The translations under genes and the position numbers were made by a program. The notes under the pieces were generated by a model. It was not told where the DNA came from. It saw nothing but the letters and a program-made list of their open reading frames with translations, and searched no databases. Below are positions 9,239-18,815 of a stretch of DNA of 64,000 nt, piece after piece; within the stretch, counting starts at the first letter, position 1, and each line of letters begins with the position of its first letter. This DNA comes from a virus, in the IMG/VR virus record IMGVR_UViG_3300001336_000002, positions 37,744 to 101,743 of that record; one strand, 5' to 3'.

Positions 9239-10554
9239 TTACTGAGAGGTTGTCCAACGATCTCCACTAGGAGTTGTAAGACGGATTCGATATGTACCCT
9301 GCGGATTGGGCACGATCTCCTGGATGGTGCCTGTCACACCTGACTTTGCAGTAGTGAAGGTCTCTCCGATAGCCAACATATTACTTACCCACAATCTGAA
9401 TAGGAATGGACTTGGTTTGGTTGGTCGCTCCATTAAAGTGACCCTTTTCGTTGCGAACAACGGCCTTTACAGCGTCGCCCCACTTCTCAGTACGAACAAT
9501 GATCTTTGACATTACCCACTCTTTCTGTCGTTGTTGTTGATATTAGTTTACAGTTCTGGCCAGGGATTGTCAAGGGTTTCTCTAAAATCTTCTGCAGTTG
9601 CGTCTATGACACCCTCTTCTATCCACATCCCTACCCCCACCATACCTTGAATAGCGGAGGCACCTATAGAATAGGATATATCATCCAATGTACCAATGTC
9701 AACCATTTCTTTTAAGTCTTGGACTGCTACTGCCACGGCAAGTTTGATATGAGAAACAATATCTTCCCCATTGACATAGCAAATATTGTCAATCATTTTG
9801 TATTCTACATCTGTTTTATCAAACGTATTCATTGACTATAATCCTTAGTTCTGATCTTCCAGAGGCTTTCAGCACCTTGCCGTTGCCCTCCTCATCGACC
9901 AGGGTAAGGATATGCAAGTCATCACCCTCATCTGCATAGTCTGTGCCTACAACATGATAGATGTCGTCTTTGATTAGAATCATGTCCCCTGGCTCAATTG
10001 AATAGACTTGCATTAATTCAGTAGTCATTGTCTTCTCCATTATATTAGAGTTTATAACCAGCCAAAGAGCACAACACCCAAGGCCATGATGAGCGGTAGA
10101 ATGATAATGGCAGTAAATAAAATCCCAATAATAGTCTCAATAGAATTGGGACGAGGTGGCTCATCCATTTAGTGCTCCTTGGGCATCATCGACTACCTTG
10201 GCATGAACAGACATCTCATTATGGATAATCATCAGGGTAGATGCAAGGATTTCATCATCTGTAATGTTGTAAGCATTCTCTATATAATACAGAGCCATCG
10301 CCAGATGGCTGTATGATGCTTTTAGGTTTAGTTGGACAGAGACATCTCTTTCACTCATTTAGATACTCCATCCACGATTGCAGGGCGGTAGTGAAATCAA
10401 GTTGACTAGGATTATTCTTCTCCCACCCAAAAGTAAATACATCTACCTCGCCACCTTCTCCAAACACGTTGGCAGTATGGCTACCCTTTGTCCATCGAAC
10501 GACGACGGTAGGCAGATAAGCAACCATTTCATTTTCTCTAGAAAGAATCATCAT
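9239..10554 (-). CDS. Operon of small hypothetical proteins (9239-9379, 9381-9512, 9548-9832, 9819-10040, 10161-10358, 10351-10554)
   Basis: Coupled ORFs downstream of the promoter at 10562-10583. Confidence 0.6.
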
Positions 10555-10702
10555 GTGTTACACACTAGCATATGGGACTGACATTGACAACTTTTTTACG
10601 AATTTTTTCACGACTTCGTAAGGGCTGTTCGTAAGAGCGTTATGTCTGATTGTTTGATGGCCCGGCCCGAAAAACCGTTGCAGGACAACGGCTTTCGAGG
10701 TT

Positions 10703-10927
10703 CTATGCAATAGCCCCCAAAGTCATTGCAAATGAACGCCTTTCAGCACCTGTCATGCCACCATAGACATGCGGCTCAAAGTCCTCATTTTCGATAGCGA
10801 ACATGAGGCAGTCGTCAATCACGGGACACGATTCACAAATCTCTTTAGCCTGCATGACGCGAGATGTCACTCCCGTCAGGAACAATGCGCTGTCTGCATC
10901 CTTGCACGCTGCCCTATCCTGCCACAT
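10703..10927 (-). CDS. whiB: WhiB-family Fe-S transcription factor
   Basis: WQDRAAC...F...AKEICESCPV..DCL.FA...HVYGG.T..ER (4 Cys plus G[V]WGG-like turn). Confidence 0.92.
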   Translation of the reverse strand: MWQDRAACKDADSALFLTGVTSRVMQAKEICESCPVIDDCLMFAIENEDFEPHVYGGMTGAERRSFAMTLGAIA

Positions 10928-11457
10928 TTGCAATCTCCTTTTTCCACTCGCGCTTCTCGCGCTTCTTGATGATCTTTCGTTCCATCCTAGCATCGGGGTA
11001 TGACATGCAGCACCCCCAGTAGCAACGCATTCCGTGCTTGCCGATATTGCGGCGGGTACGAATCATTCAGCCTCCGTCCATCGAACACCGTCAACGATAA
11101 TATCTTCATCTAGATACATGACGCGAGAATAGTCGAACGCGTTATCTGGCATCATGTGGTAAATGTCGATCCATGCTTTTTCTAGTTCGATGCTTAGATC
11201 CATTCGACTAGATCTCCATCCATGATCTCGTTTACGTCAAGGCCATTGGCCTCTGCAATGGCTTCCCACAGTTCTTCTTCCGTGAACCGTCCGTCCTCTG
11301 GCAGGTAGTCGATGTATGACATGTCAGTGCTCCTGTTCATCTACTTGATCGGTTATGTCGTTATAGAGGGATGTGATGATGTATCCCTGATTCATTAGTT
11401 CGCGCAGGCATTCCAATACCTGATCCCAGTCTGCGCGTGGCATCTCTACGGTTACCA

Positions 11458-12082
11458 TCACACACCTCCAAAAAATAGGTTGGTCATATTGTAGTTGTCG
11501 ATTCTGATCCCCTTGTGGAACGTGATATCGACGCTCGCACCATTGAGCATATCTTCATATTCATCGGGGTCGATCTCATCGACATTGCACAGATATACCT
11601 TGTCGCTGAGAGGGATCACGGTGCCCGTTCCCTCGTGGTAGATAAATAGATTCTTCATGGTTTCACCTTACACTAGGGGTCTGACACTCAGGCCCAGGGG
11701 TCATCATCGGGGGTCGGGAATCGACGGGAGGACAAGGCTTGAGCCATGACAGAATATTCCTCAAGTCCAGAACGCATGATCTCATCACAGGATGAGCAGA
11801 TTAGGTGGAACCGCTCGCACGGTCCCTGGCATAGGAGGCAGTTTGTCTTCATGATATTTCCTTTCAGCAGAATGGGCAGGGAGTCTTGATGGAATCGACA
11901 ATCTGGACACTACCAGCCTCGTTCACCCAACGAGGGCCAACGCGACCAAACTCATCCTTCAGATAGATCGAATAGCGGAACATGGCGAAGGAAGGCTTAT
12001 GGATACGCACAACCTCACCCTTCGTTCCATCGGACATGCGGACCAGATCGCCCACCTTGATATCTTTCACAGAGACCTTCAT
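11458..12082 (-). CDS. Small hypothetical proteins (11458-11658; 11864-12082 SH3/KOW-like)
   Basis: Each lies directly behind a TGTCAG promoter; the 72-aa ORF has an IKVGDLV..GEVV pattern. Confidence 0.55.
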
Positions 12083-12659
12083 GATCTCTCCTTTCTGCTA
12101 TGTCTCTATTCTTGCATAGGGGTCTGACATTCACAAATCGAGAATGTGTATAAAACGGACATTTTAGATCACAGAATGATAACAGAATAGAGAGACATTT
12201 TTCGAATGCGTGTTCGATTCTAAAAAGTTGTTGGTAGACAAGGGGTTTTCAGCGTGTTCTTAAAGTGATCGTAAAAGTTGTTGTGGCACAACAGGTTTGC
12301 GGCCCGGCCCGCCCCGCTCAAAACCGTTGCAGCACAACGGCTTTCATCGATTCATTATCACAAGGGCAGACCACAAAACAATCATGACGACAAAATATCC
12401 AGCAATAGCAACGGGTTTCGGTCGGTATGGTGAAACTAATAGCATGGCAAATATCACCATTTGAAAAAATATAGCAATGGCAATCACCTAGTCTCCCAAT
12501 CGAAATCGACGTTGAAGTCCTTTAGCATACCACTAGCGTCGCCTAGATATCCAGAAAGATATGCTAGTGCTTGATCGGAATTGGGGAATGTCTTTTGGAA
12601 TGATCTTTCACCATAGCCAACGTCGATGGTGAAAGTGACTGTGGGAGTAGGGTGTTTCA

Positions 12660-13217
12660 TCATGCCGCCGACCCCCTAACGATGATCCAGATGAGCGCCT
12701 GAGCGGTGCGAGGGGTGATGCCAAACTGTGAAGCAACGGAGGTGATAGCCTCAGACAACAGACGATATTGTGTCTTGTTAGGCGAGTCGGTGTCCATGCC
12801 AGCAGCACGCATCATCCAAACGTCGATGACGACAGCATCGGTGTCACCAGCGATAGCGCGAGCGAAGGCGTTGGTCTTGAGACCCTTCAGGGCTGAAAAC
12901 CCTTGCGAGACAGCGGCTTCCGCCATGCGAAGATTATTAGACAGGCCGCTAACTGGCTTGCCATTGGCGAACGCATATGCCTTAGCGACATTGGATGCCC
13001 AACGCTCACGAGGGGAGAAGGCAGACACGATGGACGCGCCATGCTCTAGGCTCACACCTAGAATCTCAGCAACGTCTTCCGCAACCTCTTGCGCTTCCAG
13101 ATACCAAGTCGAAGCGGCTTCCATCTGGGCGAGGGTAGCGGTCATGATAAGGCTCTCAAAACGAGCGGCGGCTGATGCGAACACGGAGGTGCCCTCTGGG
13201 GCGGTAACTGTAATCAT
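12660..13217 (-). CDS. Phage protein with DNA-glycosylase-like fold (DUF7178-like)
   Basis: WY..A, SAFSP..W..N, G.KT.AF, VVIDVWM and QA.IW pattern; leaderless. Confidence 0.55.
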   Translation of the reverse strand: MITVTAPEGTSVFASAAARFESLIMTATLAQMEAASTWYLEAQEVAEDVAEILGVSLEHGASIVSAFSPRERWASNVAKAYAFANGKPVSGLSNNLRMAEAAVSQGFSALKGLKTNAFARAIAGDTDAVVIDVWMMRAAGMDTDSPNKTQYRLLSEAITSVASQFGITPRTAQALIWIIVRGSAA

Positions 13218-13409
13218 GGAATGATCCTATCAAAGGGGTCTGACATTCTGAGGGTATATGGAGGATTATTCGGTAACGAAACGGTCACGATGCTTGGACT
13301 TACGGTTATACCTGGCCTTATTCCTATGGGGCTGGGCAGCATTAGAACGACGACGGTCCATGATGGCTCGCTGATGACTATTAGACCTGCGTGACTTATT
13401 CATGGCATG

Positions 13410-13438
13410 ATCCTATCATATTTAGATAATCATGTCAA
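13410..13438 (-). promoter_or_regulatory. Canonical sigmaA promoter TTGACA-N17-TAGGAT, leaderless
   Basis: ATG at 13403 lies 6 nt after the -10. Confidence 0.7.
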
Positions 13439-13540
13439 ATGAAAAAAGTTGTTGTGTCTCAAGGGTTTCTAGCGATTCAGGGAAATATCGTAACCTCGTA
13501 AACCGTTGCAGCACAAGGGAAATCGCGCCCGGCCCTCTTT

Positions 13541-14705
13541 TCAGGATTTGTCAAGTATCTCCTGTATGTCGTTACGAACCTGCAACAACTGTTCGATCAT
13601 GCGTTCGACACGCTTGTATTCATCAGGGTTGTCTGTCGCATAGTACGCACGATCCAGGGGGTCTAGAGTGAGATAGATATCATTGCTAGCCTTCTTTAGG
13701 TTAGACAAGAATGCGTCATGACGCGAGATGGTCTTCATTAGTCCTCCTGATATTCATCGAAGTCTAGGGGCTCATAGTCAGCACACCAACCGCAGATAGT
13801 ATCGGTGCTATCTGCCCAATCCCAGAACACCTCATCACATGAGGCGCAAACAACTGCTTCCAGGTTGATCTCATATGTATCGTTCATGGATTCACCTTAT
13901 CATGATAGTCTGACATTCATCAATGAAAAATAAAAATGCTTTTTATTACATGATCGTAACGAGTGTTCGTAAGGGCTTGACAAGTGCAAAGATTTGGGCC
14001 GGGCCTGAAAACCGTTGCAGCGCAACGACTTTCGGCTACATGGTTTCGATGTGTCCCACCAAGCCCATGAGCATGGCGAAGGCGAAAACACCTAGTGTCA
14101 CAAGGACTTTCTCCATCACAATGCCTCCACAAAGTCGTTGCCGTGCAACACCTTTTTGATGACGGGAAGGTGGTCATCACACACGAGGGTAGACACATGC
14201 TTTCCATTGTACTCAGACACCTGAGTCACCTTGTGGGTAGCACGAGCACGGCTCACGCGGTTATCGCAGAATACATGCTGGCAGACGGGCGAACCGTCGC
14301 GGGTATAGTTAGGCCAACCCATGATGATCACTCACTCTCATTACTGTAGAACACTTGCTGTTGGACACGGATATAGTTGTTGATTGCTTGCTGGATCTTG
14401 TTCATGGTATCACCTTATCATGGGGGTCTGACATTGTGGCCTAGGGCTCATCCCCTTGCGGGGCTTATTTGCCTAGGAAGATTTAGTTATTAGGCGAACA
14501 CCCTAGCCCTATGGCAGTCAGCGCAGATGATGGTGTCATTCACGATGGACAGGTCAGCGGTGTTATTCGTTCCGCAGGTCCAGCAAGCCCACGGCTCGCG
14601 GCGGATCTGTCGGTCATAGTATTCTGTGATGCCCCAGAACACAACGGTGAACACAGCGGGGATTCCGATGAAGATAGCGATTGCCATCAGGATACCTTCG
14701 AACAT
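13541..14705 (-). CDS. Small hypothetical proteins, several with CxxC Zn-finger-like motifs (13541-13738, 14116-14331, 14490-14705)
   Basis: ORF track and promoter positions. Confidence 0.5.
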
Positions 14706-15350
14706 TTGTCTAGCCTTTCTTCTTGTGTTGCTTCGATACTATCACAGGGGTCTGACATTGGACGAGAGGTTAGACCAACTCCTCGTCCACGAACCGAATA
14801 ATCTCAGTGTCGAACGGCTGTTCGATTGCAAATGCTTCGGCGGCTTCACGAGTATCGAACCGTGCAACGGTACGCCCCATGACACGAGCCACGCTATAGC
14901 CTGTACGGGTAATCCACATATCTGTCACCTCCTTTGCTTTCATACCTGAAGACTATCAGATTGGTCTGACATTGACAAATTTGAAAAGGTGCAAATCGGA
15001 CATTTTAGATAACAGAAATGTAACGAAATTTTTCGCTCAGGTGTTCGATTATTTTGATCAAAAATTCTACGCTGAGGTTCGATCAAAACCGTTGCGCTGC
15101 AACGACTTTTGTCGTATAGCAAGGCTGAAAAGTTGTTGTGCTGCAACGATTTTTGCTGTGGCTGAGTGCGCTCTATCTTATTCGAATTTTTGTTCGATTT
15201 TGCGTACCGTACACACTTACAAAATATTAAACTTTAGTTCAAATCCAATTCTGATAAAATTTTAAGAATTAAAAATATGGGCACACAAAAAATTTTTAAA
15301 CTTTCTATAAATCGAATATATCAACTCATCATGCGTAGTATCATATATAC

Positions 15351-15545
15351 ATGAAACCTGTAAAACCGTGGGACCTATTAAATAAAGACAATTGGACAGT
15401 AGAAGAACTACGAAAAAAAAGACTAGAAATATGTCGGGAATGTCCAGAATATAACAATTTCACAAAACAGTGTTCACAATGCAAGTGTTTTATGCCTGCT
15501 AAGACATGGCTAGAAAATGCTTTTTGTCCATTACGCAAATGGTAA
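15351..15545 (+). CDS. Small Cys-rich protein (DUF6171-like)
   Basis: R..IC..C....C..C.CF..AK......CP..KW. Confidence 0.65.
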   Translation: MKPVKPWDLLNKDNWTVEELRKKRLEICRECPEYNNFTKQCSQCKCFMPAKTWLENAFCPLRKW

Positions 15546-15565
15546 TAGATGATAAAATAGATTAT

Positions 15566-15844
15566 ATGAAAAAGCCTTCATGGAAACTAAGAAGACGAGC
15601 CGTATTTGGCTCACTTATTTTTGCGGGGGCAATCATTGTGTATGTTCTTTTTCGTTGGGATGATACCGCACTAGCACAAACAACAATGTTGAGTTCGTTT
15701 GGTCTTATTGGTGCAATCGTTGCATCCTATATTGGCGGGGCAGTCTATGAAGACACAAGACTTCCACAACCTATAACACCAACAAAGAATCAAGACTATG
15801 CACCTAACTACGATATCGAATATTCAGAAGAAGGAATGGAGTAA
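15566..15844 (+). CDS. Two-TM membrane protein (holin-like)
   Basis: Two hydrophobic segments; next to the holin gene. Confidence 0.55.
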   Translation: MKKPSWKLRRRAVFGSLIFAGAIIVYVLFRWDDTALAQTTMLSSFGLIGAIVASYIGGAVYEDTRLPQPITPTKNQDYAPNYDIEYSEEGME

Positions 15845-15846
15845 AC

Positions 15847-16071
15847 ATGTTTACAGTAGTTTTTTGGAAAAAAGCAACCGAAAGAGCCCTAAAGACACTA
15901 GCCCAAGTTGTGCTATCTCTACAGGGTGCATCAGCACTCAATGTTCTAGAAGTTGATTGGCCACAGACTCTTGGAGTTGCTGGAGGCGCTGTATTGCTTT
16001 CTTACGCAACAAGTATTATGTCTGCAGGGGTAAAGAAAGACGATTCTCCTGATCTGCTTGCAGATAAATAA
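15847..16071 (+). CDS. Holin (r1t-like)
   Basis: FWK.A.ERA.KT.AQ...VDW...L.TS pattern. Confidence 0.8.
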   Translation: MFTVVFWKKATERALKTLAQVVLSLQGASALNVLEVDWPQTLGVAGGAVLLSYATSIMSAGVKKDDSPDLLADK

Positions 16072-16112
16072 TGTTATAATTAATTAAAATAACATTGGGA
16101 GAAAAATAACAA

Positions 16113-16873
16113 ATGAATAAAATCAAAGGGGTTCTGCGTTCAACAATAATGCAGCGCCCTTTTGATTTTTATGTGGCAACATTATTATTTCTTGCAGGTT
16201 TTTATAGCATAGTTAGCGACACATGGCCAGAACGAGTAGGCAATGGACTAACACACACCTTTATTACAATAGTTTCTGTTTATTTGATGATTGCTTCGGG
16301 GGTAGTTATGGCTGCTTTTTCTTGCAAAAGAGCCAAAAAACCAATATTTACACTTATGGGGGAAATGTATGGATGGTTATTCATATCTGCGGGATCACTC
16401 GCAACTACTTTAATGTACATAGGATCAGTAATAAGCAATGAGCCTTCTTCTTGGGGCTTATGGGCAATATTACTCTTTGTTTGGTCAGGTATGGCTATAG
16501 CAAGCGGGGTCCGATTCTTGGATCTACTTTATGTATACAGGAGCATTAAAAATCAATGGAACCAGGAATAATTATTGCAATAATCGGAGTACTAGCAGCC
16601 CCCTTTGCTGCACTTATTACTTGGCTATTAAATAGAAAAAAGAATGTTGCAGAAATTTATAATGCTCTCAGCGAGTCTTCTCAAACGGCGGTAGAGACTA
16701 TGCAGTTGACCATGAACGAACTGCGTATAGAACTAGAAGAAGCCCGTCGTAAAATTGATGCACTCATAGTAGAAAATGAATTGCTAAGACAAGATCTACA
16801 CGATCTTAAAGATCAAAATGTAAAACTTATGACACAGATTACCGAATTGCGTTCTTTCTACGGGCAGTCATAA
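16113..16873 (+). CDS. Four-TM membrane protein (16113-16571) and TM plus coiled-coil protein (16556-16873), lysis-associated
   Basis: Hydrophobicity pattern and position after the holin. Confidence 0.55.
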
Positions 16874-17144
16874 CAGCATGACAATTAGCACATCTCACTT
16901 CACATTTGTCTATCTCTTCTAATATTGTGCTCCATGCATAATCACTACGAATTAAATTAGACACACTACCCTTTTTGTTATCGCTTATGTGATCAAACTG
17001 CAGCGCTACAGCATGTGCATTATATCCACAATCAATGCATCCCCGCTGTTTTTTGATCATGCCTGCGAGACGCCATTTGGCTCCTCTTTTTCGCGCTCGC
17101 GACGAAGGAAAATCGTTTATTAGAGTTTTAGATTCTAAATTCAT
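16839..17144 (-). CDS. HNH endonuclease-like protein
   Basis: CIDCG...LQFDH...CEVRCANCH. Confidence 0.8.
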   Translation of the reverse strand: MNLESKTLINDFPSSRARKRGAKWRLAGMIKKQRGCIDCGYNAHAVALQFDHISDNKKGSVSNLIRSDYAWSTILEEIDKCEVRCANCHAVMTARRKNAIR

Positions 17145-17823
17145 TCCAGGCTTTTGCGGTGATGGGGTAATGTTGCGTAACAATATCGTTTACCGCCTTT
17201 GCGTATAGTTGTATTTCATATTGTGCATGAGAATCAAGTCTCAATGATATAAAGTGTAGCAGAGCGTTTAGGCTTGCTGTCCACCGCCAGCGAACATACA
17301 TAGAATAGGCTGGTAGGAGCAGCCGTGCTTGCTCTGGGGCTATGCCATCACGCAGGGCGTCTTGATACATTTGCTCTTGCTGTTCTGTTAATCTAATCAT
17401 TGCCATAGTGTATTTGGCACCAATGTCTTCTTTTACTGGCTCTCCACTACCCTGCTTTTTGTTATCAGGAACAGAACGCCAGTCGCAGACGCGAGGGATA
17501 TAGAATTCTTCATTTTCTGTAATATACCGCCGTGATGATTCATTCCAGCCATTTTGATCATCTACAAAAGATGATGATATTGCATGTTTGTACCATTGAC
17601 GAGCCACCATTAAAGGTGCATATACCTCAAACGTCATGGCACAATGTCTAAGACATGAGTCATGCCTATGTTTTATCAAGTAGGAAATTAGTTTTTCATC
17701 TTTTTCTTCAAGAGAAGTTACTTCTTTATCAAAACTAACTCTTGCTGCATTAACAACATCAATATCAGAACCAAGGTTAGAAATTAATCTAACATACCCC
17801 TTGTCTAGTACATCTATATTCAA
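17128..17823 (-). CDS. thyX: Flavin-dependent thymidylate synthase
   Basis: VNAARVSF, VARQW.KH, NESSRRY, PEQAR..LP, HAQYEIQ.YA; TTG start after AGAAAGG. Confidence 0.93.
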   Translation of the reverse strand: MNIDVLDKGYVRLISNLGSDIDVVNAARVSFDKEVTSLEEKDEKLISYLIKHRHDSCLRHCAMTFEVYAPLMVARQWYKHAISSSFVDDQNGWNESSRRYITENEEFYIPRVCDWRSVPDNKKQGSGEPVKEDIGAKYTMAMIRLTEQQEQMYQDALRDGIAPEQARLLLPAYSMYVRWRWTASLNALLHFISLRLDSHAQYEIQLYAKAVNDIVTQHYPITAKAWNEFRI

Positions 17824-18012
17824 AATAAACCTTTCTTCTCTAGACCCTTCGGGTCTCTGTTTTATTACCAAGGAAGATCGTAATTCTTTGTTTTTATATA
17901 TTATATATAGTGTATATACCCTGCTTTTTACTGTCAAGAATTACCTACCTTAAAATTTCCTAAATATCAAAATCTGATATAATTAAATTAAAATTCATAG
18001 GAGTATGTGCGT

Positions 18013-18797
18013 ATGACCCCAGGCAGATATAACATGGTTTGTCCACAAGGCGCAACTTTCAACCAAATACTTTCTTATTCATCTGGTGGATTTCCAGTCG
18101 ATCTTACTGATCGTATTGCCAGAATGCAGGTAAGGGTAAAACATTCTAGCACATCCTCTATTCTTTCTCTTACTACAGAAAACCAAGGAATAACTTTGGG
18201 AGGGCCTGCAGGTACAATTATTATAACTATTGAAGCATCAGCCACCGCAAGTCTTTCTCCTAAAGAGTACGTTTATGATTTAGAAATAGTTAATAATGAT
18301 GAAGTAACAAGATTAATAGAAGGAAAATTCATTGTAACCCCCGAGGTAACAAAATAATGGAAATTAAATCCGTTGGACAGGACGTTACGGTAACAGTAGT
18401 AGATCAAAGAGTTTGTGTCGATGTTACTAATGCTGGACCGCAAGGTGTTAGGGGTTCTCAAGTTTTGTCGGGAGACACAGATCCATCACCGACAATAGGG
18501 CTAATAGGAGATCAGTATATAAATACATCTACTGGTGTCTTGTTTGGTCCAAAAACTACTAGTGGATGGGGGACTGGGGTTTCACTTACCACTGGGTCAG
18601 AAAACCTTGGCCAAGTGTATAGTCAAACCACTCCCTCTGCTATATGGAATATTGCTCATACACTGAGTTTTATTCCAAACATCATAATAGTCGATTCAGA
18701 ACAAAACGTAGTGGAGGGCGAGTACGAATATGTAGATCAAAATTTAATTATTGCTACATTTAGTGCCCCCATTGCAGGATCGGCTTACTTATCTTAG
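18013..18797 (+). CDS. Two minor virion/baseplate-associated proteins (18013-18357, 18357-18797)
   Basis: QGATF...YVYDLE..V.RL.EG pattern; GPQG.RGS and W.I.H.L motifs common in tail proteins. Confidence 0.6.
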
Positions 18798-18815
18798 AAA
18801 GGAGATGAGTTTTTA

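Larger units (their letters stand above)
7068..14971 (-). promoter_or_regulatory. Ten promoters TGTCAG-N10-TAnnnT (PafBC/RecA-NDp type)
   Basis: At 7068-7089, 8450-8471, 10562-10583, 11665-11686, 12108-12129 (-10 AAGAAT), 13224-13245, 13894-13915, 14412-14433, 14736-14757 and 14950-14971; six are followed by ATG 6-7 nt after the -10. Confidence 0.85.
2404..15153. repeat. Dispersed 25-bp palindrome AA-N4-TTG-N5-CAA-N4-TT
   Basis: Copies at 2404, 7186, 10671, 12224, 12274, 12320, 13445, 13499 (partial), 14008, 15085 and 15129. Confidence 0.85.
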
